Under the pieces are notes generated by a model. The model searched no databases. It saw nothing but the letters and a program-made list of their open reading frames with translations, and was not told where the DNA came from. Below are positions 9,408-18,119 of a stretch of DNA of 64,000 nucleotides, piece after piece. The first letter of the stretch is position 1; the number at the start of each line of letters is the position of its first letter. The stretch is from Candidatus Omnitrophota bacterium (GTDB lineage: Bacteria; Omnitrophota; Gorgyraeia; JABMRN01; RBG-13-46-9). The position numbers and the translations under genes were made by a program. The stretch is taken from contig JADHYN010000001.1 in NCBI GenBank assembly GCA_016782425.1, positions 655-64,654 on the forward strand, read 5' to 3'.

Positions 9408-9503
9408 AAGATTACACAGATTAGGAAAAGATTACACAGATTATAAATCAGACAATCTGCGTAATCTAGGTTGCGTATTTATACGCAAGAAATCTGTGTA
9501 ATC
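9408..9503. promoter_or_regulatory. array of a repeated 13-16 bp motif (AAGATTACACAGATTA x2 direct at 9408-9423 and 9428-9443; inverted copy AATCTGTGTAATC at 9491-9503; degenerate inverted copy at 9454-9467) plus the palindrome TTGCGTATTTATACGCAA at 9471-9488
   Basis: I read these directly in the 115-bp gap between the flavoprotein stop (9508) and the maf start (9392). The spacing and orientation look like an operator or transcription-factor binding array. Confidence 0.4.
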
Positions 9504-9507
9504 ATTC

Positions 9508-10782
9508 TTAAATAGCAGCGCCTTCTCCGGCCAAATATCCGGTTGAAAACGCCTGCTGGAGATTATAACCCCCGCTCGGGGCCGTACCGTCTATTACCTC
9601 TCCGGCAAAATAAATTCCGGGAACTATTTTTGACTCCATGGTTTTCGAATCTATCTCATCCGTGGAAACACCGCCACCTGTGACCATTCCTCTATTGATT
9701 GCGAGCGCCCCGGTTACAGTTAAAGGAAAAGCCTTTAGCGCTGACACGATAAGAGCTCTTTCTCTTTTTGAGGCCTCGCTTCCCCTTTTCCCGGGATTTA
9801 TCCCGGCAATTCTAGCAAAAATGCTCGCGAGGCGTATGGGGAGAAGCTCCTTAAGGAGGTTTCCTATTTCTTTTCCCCCTGATTCTTTGAATTCCCTTAT
9901 AAGGCGCGCGTCAAGCTTTTCTCTGTCAAGGCCGGGTTTTAAGTCTATAAATACGGGTATTTCCTTTGCACGTTTCAGGCAGAGTGTTATCTCCCCGCTT
10001 AAGTCAAGAACAAGCGGCCCTGAAATCCCGAAGTGCGTAAACATGACCTCCCCTATAGGAGAAACTATTTTTTTCTGTTTACACCCCGGGGTGAAAAAAG
10101 TCACTCGCACGTTTTTAAGCGCGAGACCCTGGAGCTGGCGCACCCAAGGCTCTTTGGTCCTCAAAGGAACAAGGCCCGGCCTTAAAGGCTTCAGCTTATG
10201 CCCAAATGTTCTGGCTATCTGAAAACCATCGCCTGTTGAGCCGGTATGCTTAAAAGACATTCCGCCGGTTGATAATATGACTTTTTTTGCCGAAATGATA
10301 AGGCCCTCGTATCTTTGGCCTTTTTTTACTTTGCCTTTGATTGAAAAACCTTCACCCTTTTTTTCTATTCCGGTAACGCGAAAGTCAAAAATAGTATCGA
10401 TTTTGCGATCTTCAAGTGCTTTTTTGAGCGCCTGCACAACAAGACGCGCCTTTTGTTCCTTCGGAAAAACCCGGCCCTGACGCTCCTCAACCACCTCGAG
10501 GCCATTTTTAGTAAAAAAGTTCATTAGATCACGGTTCGAAAAAGCAGTAAATGCTGCGCGAAGAAAATTGCCCTGGGTCCCGAATTTCTCGATAAACGTA
10601 TCTAGAGATGCGGTATTCGTGATATTACACCTACCTTTACCGGTAAGGTATATTTTTTTGCCTACCGAGGAATTGCGTTCGATTAAGATGGGAGTGGTAT
10701 TTTTATCGTGCGCACTTATAGCCGCCATGCACCCGGCCGGACCTGCGCCTATTACGGCTATATCAAAAAGCTTATCCTTCAT
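9508..10782 (-). CDS. NAD(P)/FAD-dependent oxidoreductase, HI0933/BaiN family flavoprotein
   Basis: It has an N-terminal DIAVIGAGPAGCMAA dinucleotide-binding motif, and GRCNITN and GGMSFKHTGSTGDGF are typical of the HI0933-like family. Full length is 424 aa. Confidence 0.85.
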   Translation of the reverse strand: MKDKLFDIAVIGAGPAGCMAAISAHDKNTTPILIERNSSVGKKIYLTGKGRCNITNTASLDTFIEKFGTQGNFLRAAFTAFSNRDLMNFFTKNGLEVVEERQGRVFPKEQKARLVVQALKKALEDRKIDTIFDFRVTGIEKKGEGFSIKGKVKKGQRYEGLIISAKKVILSTGGMSFKHTGSTGDGFQIARTFGHKLKPLRPGLVPLRTKEPWVRQLQGLALKNVRVTFFTPGCKQKKIVSPIGEVMFTHFGISGPLVLDLSGEITLCLKRAKEIPVFIDLKPGLDREKLDARLIREFKESGGKEIGNLLKELLPIRLASIFARIAGINPGKRGSEASKRERALIVSALKAFPLTVTGALAINRGMVTGGGVSTDEIDSKTMESKIVPGIYFAGEVIDGTAPSGGYNLQQAFSTGYLAGEGAAI

Positions 10783-10862
10783 CGTATTTCATCCGCGTAC
10801 TTCGGGTTCGGCCTGTCATCGAATGTAAGGACGATTTTATTCATGCTTTCATCACCGTAGAA
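10634..10862. repeat. direct repeat copy A (~229 bp) covering the 5' end of the flavoprotein gene plus ~80 bp upstream
   Basis: It is near-identical to 12392-12619. The 40 bp immediately upstream of the ATG, catcgtatttcatccgcgtacttcgggttcggcctgtcat, are identical in both copies. Confidence 0.7.
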
Positions 10863-11012
10863 GTATATAATGGGTTCTTATCGGTTTCTGCAGTAAGGTA
10901 ATCGCTACCTTCTTGGATATAGAAAAATGCCAAAAAAACGCATATTAGGAAAATAACATGTCTCATGTGTTTTTTTGCTCTGAGAATCTTGGAAGTCTGG
11001 TTTAGAAATTTC

Positions 11013-12221
11013 TTAAACCAATTGCGTTAAAAATGTCCGGGCAGGCACAATGATAGGTTCCGTATGCCCGAAGCAATCATTGGGAACATATTCCATATCA
11101 AATGCCACCTGGAATGCGTGTTTTGCCTTAATTTTATCCTGAAAATAAATTAAATTTTTATTTAGTCCGCCTTTTGAAGACAGTTTAACCTCAACTAAAA
11201 ACCATGGTTTTTTATTTTTTGAGACCAAAAAATCTACTTCGCGTTTTTCTTTATCTCTGATAAACCACAAGCCATACTGCCCCAAACCGCAATCCGTCCA
11301 GAAATGAATTGCTTTTAACAAATGAGATGCTACTAAAGTTTCCGCTCTTTGTCCTTCATCGTTACAGACGATCCAGTCCCACAAATAAGTTTTGGGTTCT
11401 TTGATAAGAGAGCGTGGAATGTTTCTCGACCATGGCTGAATAGTAAAACAGTAAAAAAAGGATTGCAATGTCTTAATCCAGCGGCGTATTGTAGCGCTGG
11501 ATACATTAACCTTATTAGCGAGGTTCGTGTAATTAGTAAGTTGTCCGGCCTGATGTTTTAAGATTTCGGCCAGAAGCTCAATTTGTCCCAATTCCTGGAT
11601 ACGGCTTAAATCCCTAATGTCTTGGCGTATTAATTGTTCTTGTCGCAACGTCTTCCAGCGATTTAAAAATCTTGGATCATTTTTTATGAATGGTTCTGGA
11701 AAACCGCCGTTTTTAAGTAACTTTTCAAAATCTTGATTTTTGCTTTGAAAAGGTTTATTAATTTCTTTTCCTGATAAACCAACTCTTTCCAATTCTGCCA
11801 GAGACAACTGGTGTAGACGATACGGAAAATATCTACCCATTAAACTGTCCCCGCCCTTTTTATAAACATCTAATCGGGAGCTGCCTGTAACGATAATCTT
11901 AGTTCTCTCTTTGTACGTATCAAAAAAGCCTTTTAAAAACGTCTTCCATTTCCCATACTTGTGAATCTCATCAAATACGATAATAGGAATATCTTTTGCG
12001 AGCTTATTCAAGCCGGCGAAAGCGGCGACGCTTTCGACGCCTTCAAGAATAATTTTTCTATGATCCAGATTATCCCAATTCAAATACAAAAACTGGCTTG
12101 AAAACTCTTTAGCCATAAGGCTAACTGTCGTTTTTCCGGCTTGACGGGGACCGGCAAGAAAAATCATTTGCTCGTTATGTTCAAAATGTTCTTTGATAAT
12201 AGATGTGTATATTCTCTTCAT
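11013..12221 (-). CDS. AAA-family ATPase with DUF4143 C-terminal domain
   Basis: It has a Walker A motif, FLAGPRQAGKTT, and a Walker B motif, IIVFDEIH. The C-terminal region is typical of the AAA_14/DUF4143 architecture. Confidence 0.8.
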   Translation of the reverse strand: MKRIYTSIIKEHFEHNEQMIFLAGPRQAGKTTVSLMAKEFSSQFLYLNWDNLDHRKIILEGVESVAAFAGLNKLAKDIPIIVFDEIHKYGKWKTFLKGFFDTYKERTKIIVTGSSRLDVYKKGGDSLMGRYFPYRLHQLSLAELERVGLSGKEINKPFQSKNQDFEKLLKNGGFPEPFIKNDPRFLNRWKTLRQEQLIRQDIRDLSRIQELGQIELLAEILKHQAGQLTNYTNLANKVNVSSATIRRWIKTLQSFFYCFTIQPWSRNIPRSLIKEPKTYLWDWIVCNDEGQRAETLVASHLLKAIHFWTDCGLGQYGLWFIRDKEKREVDFLVSKNKKPWFLVEVKLSSKGGLNKNLIYFQDKIKAKHAFQVAFDMEYVPNDCFGHTEPIIVPARTFLTQLV

Positions 12222-12291
12222 CTGATTAATCTCACGCGCTATTTTTTCGTTAATTCGTATTATGACTAGTTTACCATATATCTAAAATTAG

Positions 12292-12540
12292 TCAAGACTG
12301 CTTTAACATATATGTCATTTTGGTCAAGCGCATCTCTGTGTACGGCGGGTTCGGGCTCTCATTAAAGGTAATGGCTATTTTCGTAACGCCCTCATCGCCG
12401 GTAAGGTATATTTTTTTGCCGATCGAGGAATTGCGCTCGATTAAGATGAGATTAGCGTTTTTGTCACACGCGCGTATCGCCGCCATGCACCCAGCTGCGC
12501 CTGCGCCTATTACGGCGATATCGAAAAAGTTATCCTTCAT
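12292..12540 (-). pseudogene. truncated paralogous fragment of the HI0933-family flavoprotein gene (N-terminal ~50 aa conserved, then frame runs out)
   Basis: MKDNFFDIAVIGAGAAGCMAAIRACDKNANLILIERNSSIGKKIYLTG aligns with residues 1-48 of the 9508..10782 product and then diverges to a stop. It lies inside direct repeat copy B. Confidence 0.7.
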
Positions 12541-12619
12541 CGTATTTCATCCGCGTACTTCGGGTTCGGCCTGTCATTGAAAGTAATGGCGATTTTATTC
12601 ACGCTCTCATCGCCGTGGG
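12392..12619. repeat. direct repeat copy B (partner of 10634-10862)
   Basis: I aligned it by eye. The shared +-frame peptide PVRYIFLP...ITAISK...LSFIVFHPRTSGSACH appears in both ORF-track entries, 10568..10828 and 12320..12580. Confidence 0.7.
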
Positions 12620-12648
12620 GTATATAGTAGTTTCGTCGCCGTAAGATT

Positions 12649-12685
12649 CTGTTTCTATTTTTATAAAAAATAGAAAGACAGTGAA
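12649..12685 (-). terminator. imperfect inverted repeat ctgtttctattttt-ataa-aaaatagaaagacag immediately after the wecB stop
   Basis: The hairpin is seen directly and sits at the 3' end of the long minus-strand glycan operon. There is no clean U-tract. Confidence 0.3.
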
Positions 12686-12693
12686 AGAGCATA

Positions 12694-13839
12694 TTAAAAA
12701 TATTGTTTTTTTCTAGTCAGAATTTCCACAATTCTGCCGGCTGCCCTGCCGTCCCACATTTTAGGTACTTTGAATTTTCTGCTTCCCTTTTTAAGCACAC
12801 TCAAGGCCTTGGTTCTTATCGAATCGGACCTTGTACCTATCAACTCGTTAGTTCCTTCTGTAATTGTTACTGGGCGTTCTGTGTTTTCCCTGATTGTTAA
12901 ACAGGGGATCCCTAAAATGGTCGTTTCCTCTTGTATGCCGCCGGAATCGGTAAATACTAACTTTGCCTTAGATGTGAGCCGCAAAAAGTCTATGTAGTTT
13001 AAGGGCGCAATTGCGCAAATGCCACGCGGAGTTCCAGTTGCTCCTAAGCTATTGAAATATTTCTGCAGCTTAAATACCTCAATTTGTTTTTTTGTGCGTG
13101 GATGCACGGGAAAAATTATGGGTAACAATTTGGATACGCTTCTTAGCCCATTCAAAATTTCAACAAAAACATCTTTATTGTCCACGTTGCTTGGCCTGTG
13201 AAGGGTTAGAACAGCGTATTCCGTAATATTCTTGTTTTGGTTTAAGTTTAATTTTTCCAAAATTTCTGAGTTTTCGGCTTTTTTTCTGTACGAAAAAAGT
13301 GTATCACACATCACGTTTCCCACAAAGAATATTTTTTTTGGATTTACTCCTTCATTTTTTAAATTCCTGTTCGCGTCCTCGCATGTCGTAAAAAGATAGT
13401 CGGAAATCCTGTCTGTCAGAATTCGGTTTATTTCTTCCGGCATACTCATATCAAAGCTCCTGAGCCCGGCCTCTACATGGGCAACTGGTATCCCAAGCTT
13501 TGCAGCCGTCAAGCTGCATGCAAAAGTTGAATTAACATCACCCACTACCAAAACCACATCAGGTTGTATTTTGACAGCAACTTTTTCAAATTCAATCATA
13601 ATTTTTGCTGTCTGAACGGCGTGCGAAACAGATTTGATTCCGAGAAAAAAATTCGGTTTTGGAAGACTTAGTTTTCTAAAAATTTCACCCGACATCTTGC
13701 TGTCATAATGTTGCCCCGTGTGAACCAGGACATATTTTATATCGCCTCTATTTTGTTTTTTTTGAATATTTACCACGTTTATAATTGAAGCTATTTTAAT
13801 AAAATTCGGCCTTGTTCCTACTACAAATATTGCTTTCAT
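12694..13839 (-). CDS. wecB: UDP-N-acetylglucosamine 2-epimerase (non-hydrolysing)
   Basis: VVGTRPNFIKIA...HTGQHYD...DVVLVVGDVNST...HVEAGLRSFD...EEINR...SGGIQEE is the full-length WecB/MnaA signature. Confidence 0.85.
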   Translation of the reverse strand: MKAIFVVGTRPNFIKIASIINVVNIQKKQNRGDIKYVLVHTGQHYDSKMSGEIFRKLSLPKPNFFLGIKSVSHAVQTAKIMIEFEKVAVKIQPDVVLVVGDVNSTFACSLTAAKLGIPVAHVEAGLRSFDMSMPEEINRILTDRISDYLFTTCEDANRNLKNEGVNPKKIFFVGNVMCDTLFSYRKKAENSEILEKLNLNQNKNITEYAVLTLHRPSNVDNKDVFVEILNGLRSVSKLLPIIFPVHPRTKKQIEVFKLQKYFNSLGATGTPRGICAIAPLNYIDFLRLTSKAKLVFTDSGGIQEETTILGIPCLTIRENTERPVTITEGTNELIGTRSDSIRTKALSVLKKGSRKFKVPKMWDGRAAGRIVEILTRKKQYF

Positions 13840-13842
13840 AAG

Positions 13843-15096
13843 TTAGGGGTTCTTCCTCATGATGTCTGTTATTTGAAAAAATTGTATGCGCGCCATTCCA
13901 ATCCCCAGCATAATCCAAAACAAAACGACCAATTGCAAGGCATAAAGGTTTGTATCAAAAAAACTTTGCCCCATAAACGCCAAAAGCCCACCCATTATTC
14001 CTAGAAGCAAAATGTCACCTGTTTCCTTAACTTTTCGTATGCCTGTATAGAAAAACCTCCATAAAATCCACAAAAAAGAGCCCAAACCCAAAAGCCCCGT
14101 TTCAGCCGCCATGTGTAAATATGAGTTATGTGGATAATTACCGGTTTCTTCCGTCAATCTATAATGTGGCGCGACAACTGCATAGGTATTTGGTCCAGTT
14201 CCAAAAATTGGAAAATCTTCTATGATGTTAAGTGCTTCTTGCCATACGTACTTTTTTGAACCGGCTTTTTCGAAACCCTCGCTTAAAGTCACTAATCTTT
14301 TTTTGATTGGATCAAATACTAGGTAACCCAATAAAAACGATGCACATAAGAAAAGTATTACAAAGAAAGAAAATATTTTTATTGGCTTAGTTTTATTGAC
14401 AAAAACAAAGAATCCCACAAAACAGAAACCAGATAAAAAACCCAACCAGGCGCCGCGGCTAAATGTCATTCCCAAAAAACCAATGCCTGCTGCAGCCAAC
14501 GCAATTAACGGCAAATTAAATCTTAATGAAGATTTGCGGGTTCTGTAATCGAAAAAAGACATAGCCAGCAAAAGCGGTATTACAATAATAAGCCAGCCTG
14601 CGAAATCATTTGGTGATAAAAAAGATGCCCGCAGTCGTCCGATTATTGCATAGCCTCGTAAAAAATCCGTGCCTGTTACACATTGAAAAATTGCATCTCC
14701 AAATATAAGTAAAACAGAAGCGATTGTTACAGACAATAAAAATTTTGTCCGCTTAGCTTGGTTATTCTCCGTTAAAAAATCAAAACAAACGTAAAACAAC
14801 AAAAGATACTCGGCCAACTTTAAAAACACTCCTTCCAGGCTTAGTGCAACATCCACGGAAATAGCCATGGAAACAAATGATACCACGAAAAGCGTCATAA
14901 TGGGTTTGTTTAATGGCATTTCGGGAAAATAATTCTCGACTTTCAGTTTGTGCATTGTAATTTTTTTAAGCGCCCATACCGCAATAGCGATATGAGCGAA
15001 TATTTCAATTCCTGATTTTGAAAACGGTATAAAAAAAATGGTTGCGCATAAAGATATCCCGATTATTTTATTTGCTATTTTTTCCATGTTCAACAT
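13843..15096 (-). CDS. O-antigen ligase/polymerase (Wzy-like) family membrane protein
   Basis: This is a 417-aa protein with about 10-12 TM segments and a large periplasmic loop. It sits within a glycan locus. Confidence 0.6.
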   Translation of the reverse strand: MLNMEKIANKIIGISLCATIFFIPFSKSGIEIFAHIAIAVWALKKITMHKLKVENYFPEMPLNKPIMTLFVVSFVSMAISVDVALSLEGVFLKLAEYLLLFYVCFDFLTENNQAKRTKFLLSVTIASVLLIFGDAIFQCVTGTDFLRGYAIIGRLRASFLSPNDFAGWLIIVIPLLLAMSFFDYRTRKSSLRFNLPLIALAAAGIGFLGMTFSRGAWLGFLSGFCFVGFFVFVNKTKPIKIFSFFVILFLCASFLLGYLVFDPIKKRLVTLSEGFEKAGSKKYVWQEALNIIEDFPIFGTGPNTYAVVAPHYRLTEETGNYPHNSYLHMAAETGLLGLGSFLWILWRFFYTGIRKVKETGDILLLGIMGGLLAFMGQSFFDTNLYALQLVVLFWIMLGIGMARIQFFQITDIMRKNP

Positions 15097-15103
15097 TTAT
15101 TTA

Positions 15104-15877
15104 TTATCTAAATTTCTTGCCAAGCCGTTTAAAACAAATCCGATCTTTTTTAGTTGGAAAAGAAAAATACGAGCCATCTGATGGATCATTTTTTATCGTT
15201 TTTACACGTCCCCTCCTAATGCAGTCGATGCCCATGATTAAAACGTCGAGTCCCTTTAACTTATTTTTAGCAAGTAGCGAACATAGGGTATCATCATGAT
15301 CGATATCAATATCTAGCTGAACGATAATATTTCCCTGATCGATTTTCTCATTAATATAGTGAAGCGTAACCGCTGTTGTTTTCTCGTTATTTACAAGCGC
15401 CCAAAAAGTTGGAAGCATCCCTCTGTAATGCGGGAGTTTTCCCGAATGAAGATTTATGCAGCCATGCTTTGGTATTTTAATTACACTATCCCTAAGTTTT
15501 TGGCTAAACGCGATACTAACAATAAGGTCAGGTTTAATTTTATTTTTTAACACGTAGATAAAATCATCGCTGTTAACGTTTTGAACGGGAAAAACGGGTA
15601 TTGAAGAAAATTTGGCTACTTTTTTTACAGAATAAAATCTTTTTTCCTTTGCATGCGACAACATGTCTTTTATTTTATAATTAATAGCCAATAAACTATG
15701 CATCATAAATTCTTTGGGCCCTAAAAAGTCATAATGCCGCAATGCCATCTTTAAAAAAGAAACGTTATGCCTCTTCCCTATTCCCAATCCAACAATTTCT
15801 TTATTTCTCTCAAAAAGATGTTGAAAAAATGTTGGCAGGTAAAATGGCTCTTCCTGGGTTAGAATAAAAATCCTCAT
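15104..15877 (-). CDS. formyltransferase-family protein (sugar N-formyltransferase-like)
   Basis: HGCINLHSGKLPHYRG matches the conserved formyl_trans_N N-H-S/D motif. It overlaps the upstream gene by ATGA. Confidence 0.7.
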   Translation of the reverse strand: MRIFILTQEEPFYLPTFFQHLFERNKEIVGLGIGKRHNVSFLKMALRHYDFLGPKEFMMHSLLAINYKIKDMLSHAKEKRFYSVKKVAKFSSIPVFPVQNVNSDDFIYVLKNKIKPDLIVSIAFSQKLRDSVIKIPKHGCINLHSGKLPHYRGMLPTFWALVNNEKTTAVTLHYINEKIDQGNIIVQLDIDIDHDDTLCSLLAKNKLKGLDVLIMGIDCIRRGRVKTIKNDPSDGSYFSFPTKKDRICFKRLGKKFR

Positions 15878-16728
15878 GTTTTATCTCCGGCCTTATGAGT
15901 CTCAATTGCGTAATCGCGTACCGCGTCTATCATTCGCGTGAATTGGTAGGTTTGGAAAATTTTTTGGAGTTTTTTTAGCGGGTTGCCAACACATATCTTC
16001 CGGCGTACTTTCGAGGTTAACCTTCTCGGAGCAGGGCTCTTTGGGTCAATGTCATATGGGTGAATATACATGACTGCCTGTATGTTTCGGTTATTTAAAT
16101 AGGATATCCCTTTAAGAAAAACCCATGCCGGAAATAACCTAAAATAACCCCCTCCGCCCATGGGAAGTTCGCAATTTTGGACGTTGAGAGAACTCAATGG
16201 GATTTCATAGAAGCGCAAACAAGCCTGATGAAGCATTCTTGTTTTCGAATTCCATCGATACCATGGGTGATATGGCGGATACAGGCTTGAATCATACAAA
16301 TAATCCGCCTTTTTCAACATATCCAAAAATGAAGTTTGCAGTTTAGAGTTTACAAAACACGGAAACCGATAACCGTATACCGGCGCACCGATTATCTGTT
16401 CGATTGTTTCTTTTGATTTTACCATATCCTCGTATAATTCGCCGGGATAGCTAGCGTTAACGTTGTGCCAGTACCCGTGGCTGGCGACTTCGTGTCCTTC
16501 CATATGAATTCTTCTTGCCAGATCAGGATACTGCTGAGCCACCCAGCCAAGAAAAAAGAATGTTGCTTTTACATTATATTTTGCTAATAAATTAAGAATT
16601 GTATTGCTATTCTCCTTGACCCTTCCTTGTACTTTTTGCCAGTTCGCTCTTGAAATATCATTAAATGCCCTACCATGAAAAAAATCTTCCACGTCCACAG
16701 AAAACATGTTTTTGACAATCGGTTTCAT
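15874..16728 (-). CDS. polysaccharide deacetylase family protein (DUF3473-type, EPS/PEP-CTERM locus-associated)
   Basis: FSVDVEDFFH...ATFFFLGWVA..YP...HEVASHGYWH is a NodB-like catalytic motif set. Confidence 0.7.
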   Translation of the reverse strand: MKPIVKNMFSVDVEDFFHGRAFNDISRANWQKVQGRVKENSNTILNLLAKYNVKATFFFLGWVAQQYPDLARRIHMEGHEVASHGYWHNVNASYPGELYEDMVKSKETIEQIIGAPVYGYRFPCFVNSKLQTSFLDMLKKADYLYDSSLYPPYHPWYRWNSKTRMLHQACLRFYEIPLSSLNVQNCELPMGGGGYFRLFPAWVFLKGISYLNNRNIQAVMYIHPYDIDPKSPAPRRLTSKVRRKICVGNPLKKLQKIFQTYQFTRMIDAVRDYAIETHKAGDKT

Positions 16729-16750
16729 GCTATTTTTCGTATTCTTATTT

Positions 16751-18112
16751 TCAATGATTCTTCGGACCGCATATCAATGTTTGCAACGTTTTTACCATGA
16801 TAAACAGGTCTAAAAATAAGGAAGCATATTTGATATAATATAAATCGTACTGAAATTTCTCTATATGTTCCTCTATGCTTCCACCGTAATCATAATTAAC
16901 CTGAGCCCAGCCGGTGATACCCGGTTTAACACTAAATCTAATCGAATAAAACGGTACATTGTCCTCTATGAGCTGCGCGAAATGCCTTCTTATTGGCCTT
17001 GGCCCCACAAAGCTAAGCTCCCCTTTTAAAATATTTATTAATTGTGGTAATTCATCCAGTTTTGTCCTTCTTAAAAGACTGCCTACTTTCGTAACTCGGT
17101 TATCGTTTTTAGTTGTCCATTGCGGCCCGTTGCTTTTTTCCGCATCGGCAACCATTGTTCTAAATTTAATCAGCTTAAACGGATTTTCTTGAAAACCTAT
17201 TCTTTCCTGAAAATAAAATATCGGCCCCTCAGAGGTGGCTTTAATCAAAATTATTATTACTAAGCATACCGGTAATAAAAATAGCAGGCCCAACAATGAT
17301 CCAAAAAAATCAATAAGCCGCTTTGTGTTTTTAAATATGGGCGCCGAGAAAGCCATGATGCTAGGAAAGGGGCTATTCTTATTGGCCAGATAATAACTGA
17401 TCGCAAATTTTCTTGTCAGTACTTCGTAAAAATAATCGCTTCTACACACTTCAATTCCTTTGAAATTATACTCGTATATCTTTTTTGCGACATCTAACGG
17501 CATTTGATAATCCAATGCCAGGACCAATACCTTTATTTTTTTAGACTGTATTAGCGTTTCAAGATTTTTATTTTCAAGAACCCCTGCAACGCTATACCCG
17601 GAACCCTTTAATCTCTCGGTTATCTGTTTTGACAGGATGTCTGTGCCTATAAACAATATGTTTACGCTTTCTTTTGCCGGCAAAAAAACATATTTAAATA
17701 AAACCATTTTATGTAAAAAAAGGCATGTTGTTGAAAATATTAAAAAGGAATATAAAATATATTTCGTCGGTAAAATTATCGGGAAGATTCTGCTTATAAT
17801 AAGAAATATTGCACAAAACAAAAAGTTAATCAATATTATGCATGTAATAGTGTAAGCTTTTCGAAAAGTCTTTGTAATTTCGTACAAACCAAAAATGTAG
17901 AACAGGAAAGGGTATATAAGCAATATACATAACATGAAATATAAAAGGCTCGCGCCGAAAATGTCCGCAGTGAAATCGTTCACTTTCGGCTTCGATATAA
18001 GATAACAAGAAAGAAAATAAGACAACAGACCCGCAAGAAAAACACAGCTTATATCTGAAATTGCCATAAAGGCTTTCTTTTTGTCTGTTATGTTTCTAAA
18101 TATAATTTTCAT
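16751..18112 (-). CDS. exopolysaccharide biosynthesis polyprenyl glycosylphosphotransferase (initiating sugar transferase, WbaP/EpsB-like)
   Basis: The C-terminal bacterial sugar transferase domain reads PFKLIKFRTM...LDELPQLINILKGELSFVGPRP. It has N-terminal TM helices. Confidence 0.85.
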   Translation of the reverse strand: MKIIFRNITDKKKAFMAISDISCVFLAGLLSYFLSCYLISKPKVNDFTADIFGASLLYFMLCILLIYPFLFYIFGLYEITKTFRKAYTITCIILINFLFCAIFLIISRIFPIILPTKYILYSFLIFSTTCLFLHKMVLFKYVFLPAKESVNILFIGTDILSKQITERLKGSGYSVAGVLENKNLETLIQSKKIKVLVLALDYQMPLDVAKKIYEYNFKGIEVCRSDYFYEVLTRKFAISYYLANKNSPFPSIMAFSAPIFKNTKRLIDFFGSLLGLLFLLPVCLVIIILIKATSEGPIFYFQERIGFQENPFKLIKFRTMVADAEKSNGPQWTTKNDNRVTKVGSLLRRTKLDELPQLINILKGELSFVGPRPIRRHFAQLIEDNVPFYSIRFSVKPGITGWAQVNYDYGGSIEEHIEKFQYDLYYIKYASLFLDLFIMVKTLQTLICGPKNH

Positions 18113-18119
18113 CGTTTAT

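Noticed and set aside
9471-9488. TTGCGTATTTATACGCAA as a definite Rho-independent terminator
   Set aside because: The stem is only 7-8 bp with a 2-4 nt loop and no following U-tract. It is embedded in an operator-like repeat array, so it is kept as regulatory or ambiguous.
10863-12391. Calling the repeat-flanked AAA-ATPase segment a bona fide mobile element or prophage
   Set aside because: No integrase, transposase, recombinase or terminal inverted repeats are recognisable. Only the flanking direct repeats and the pseudogene are observable, so I report it as a rearrangement or insertion scar, not a defined mobile element.
12292-12540. 82-aa ORF as an intact small flavoprotein gene
   Set aside because: It is only the N-terminal ~50 residues of an HI0933-like flavoprotein, followed by unrelated sequence and a stop. 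It lies inside a duplicated segment, so I call it a pseudogene fragment.
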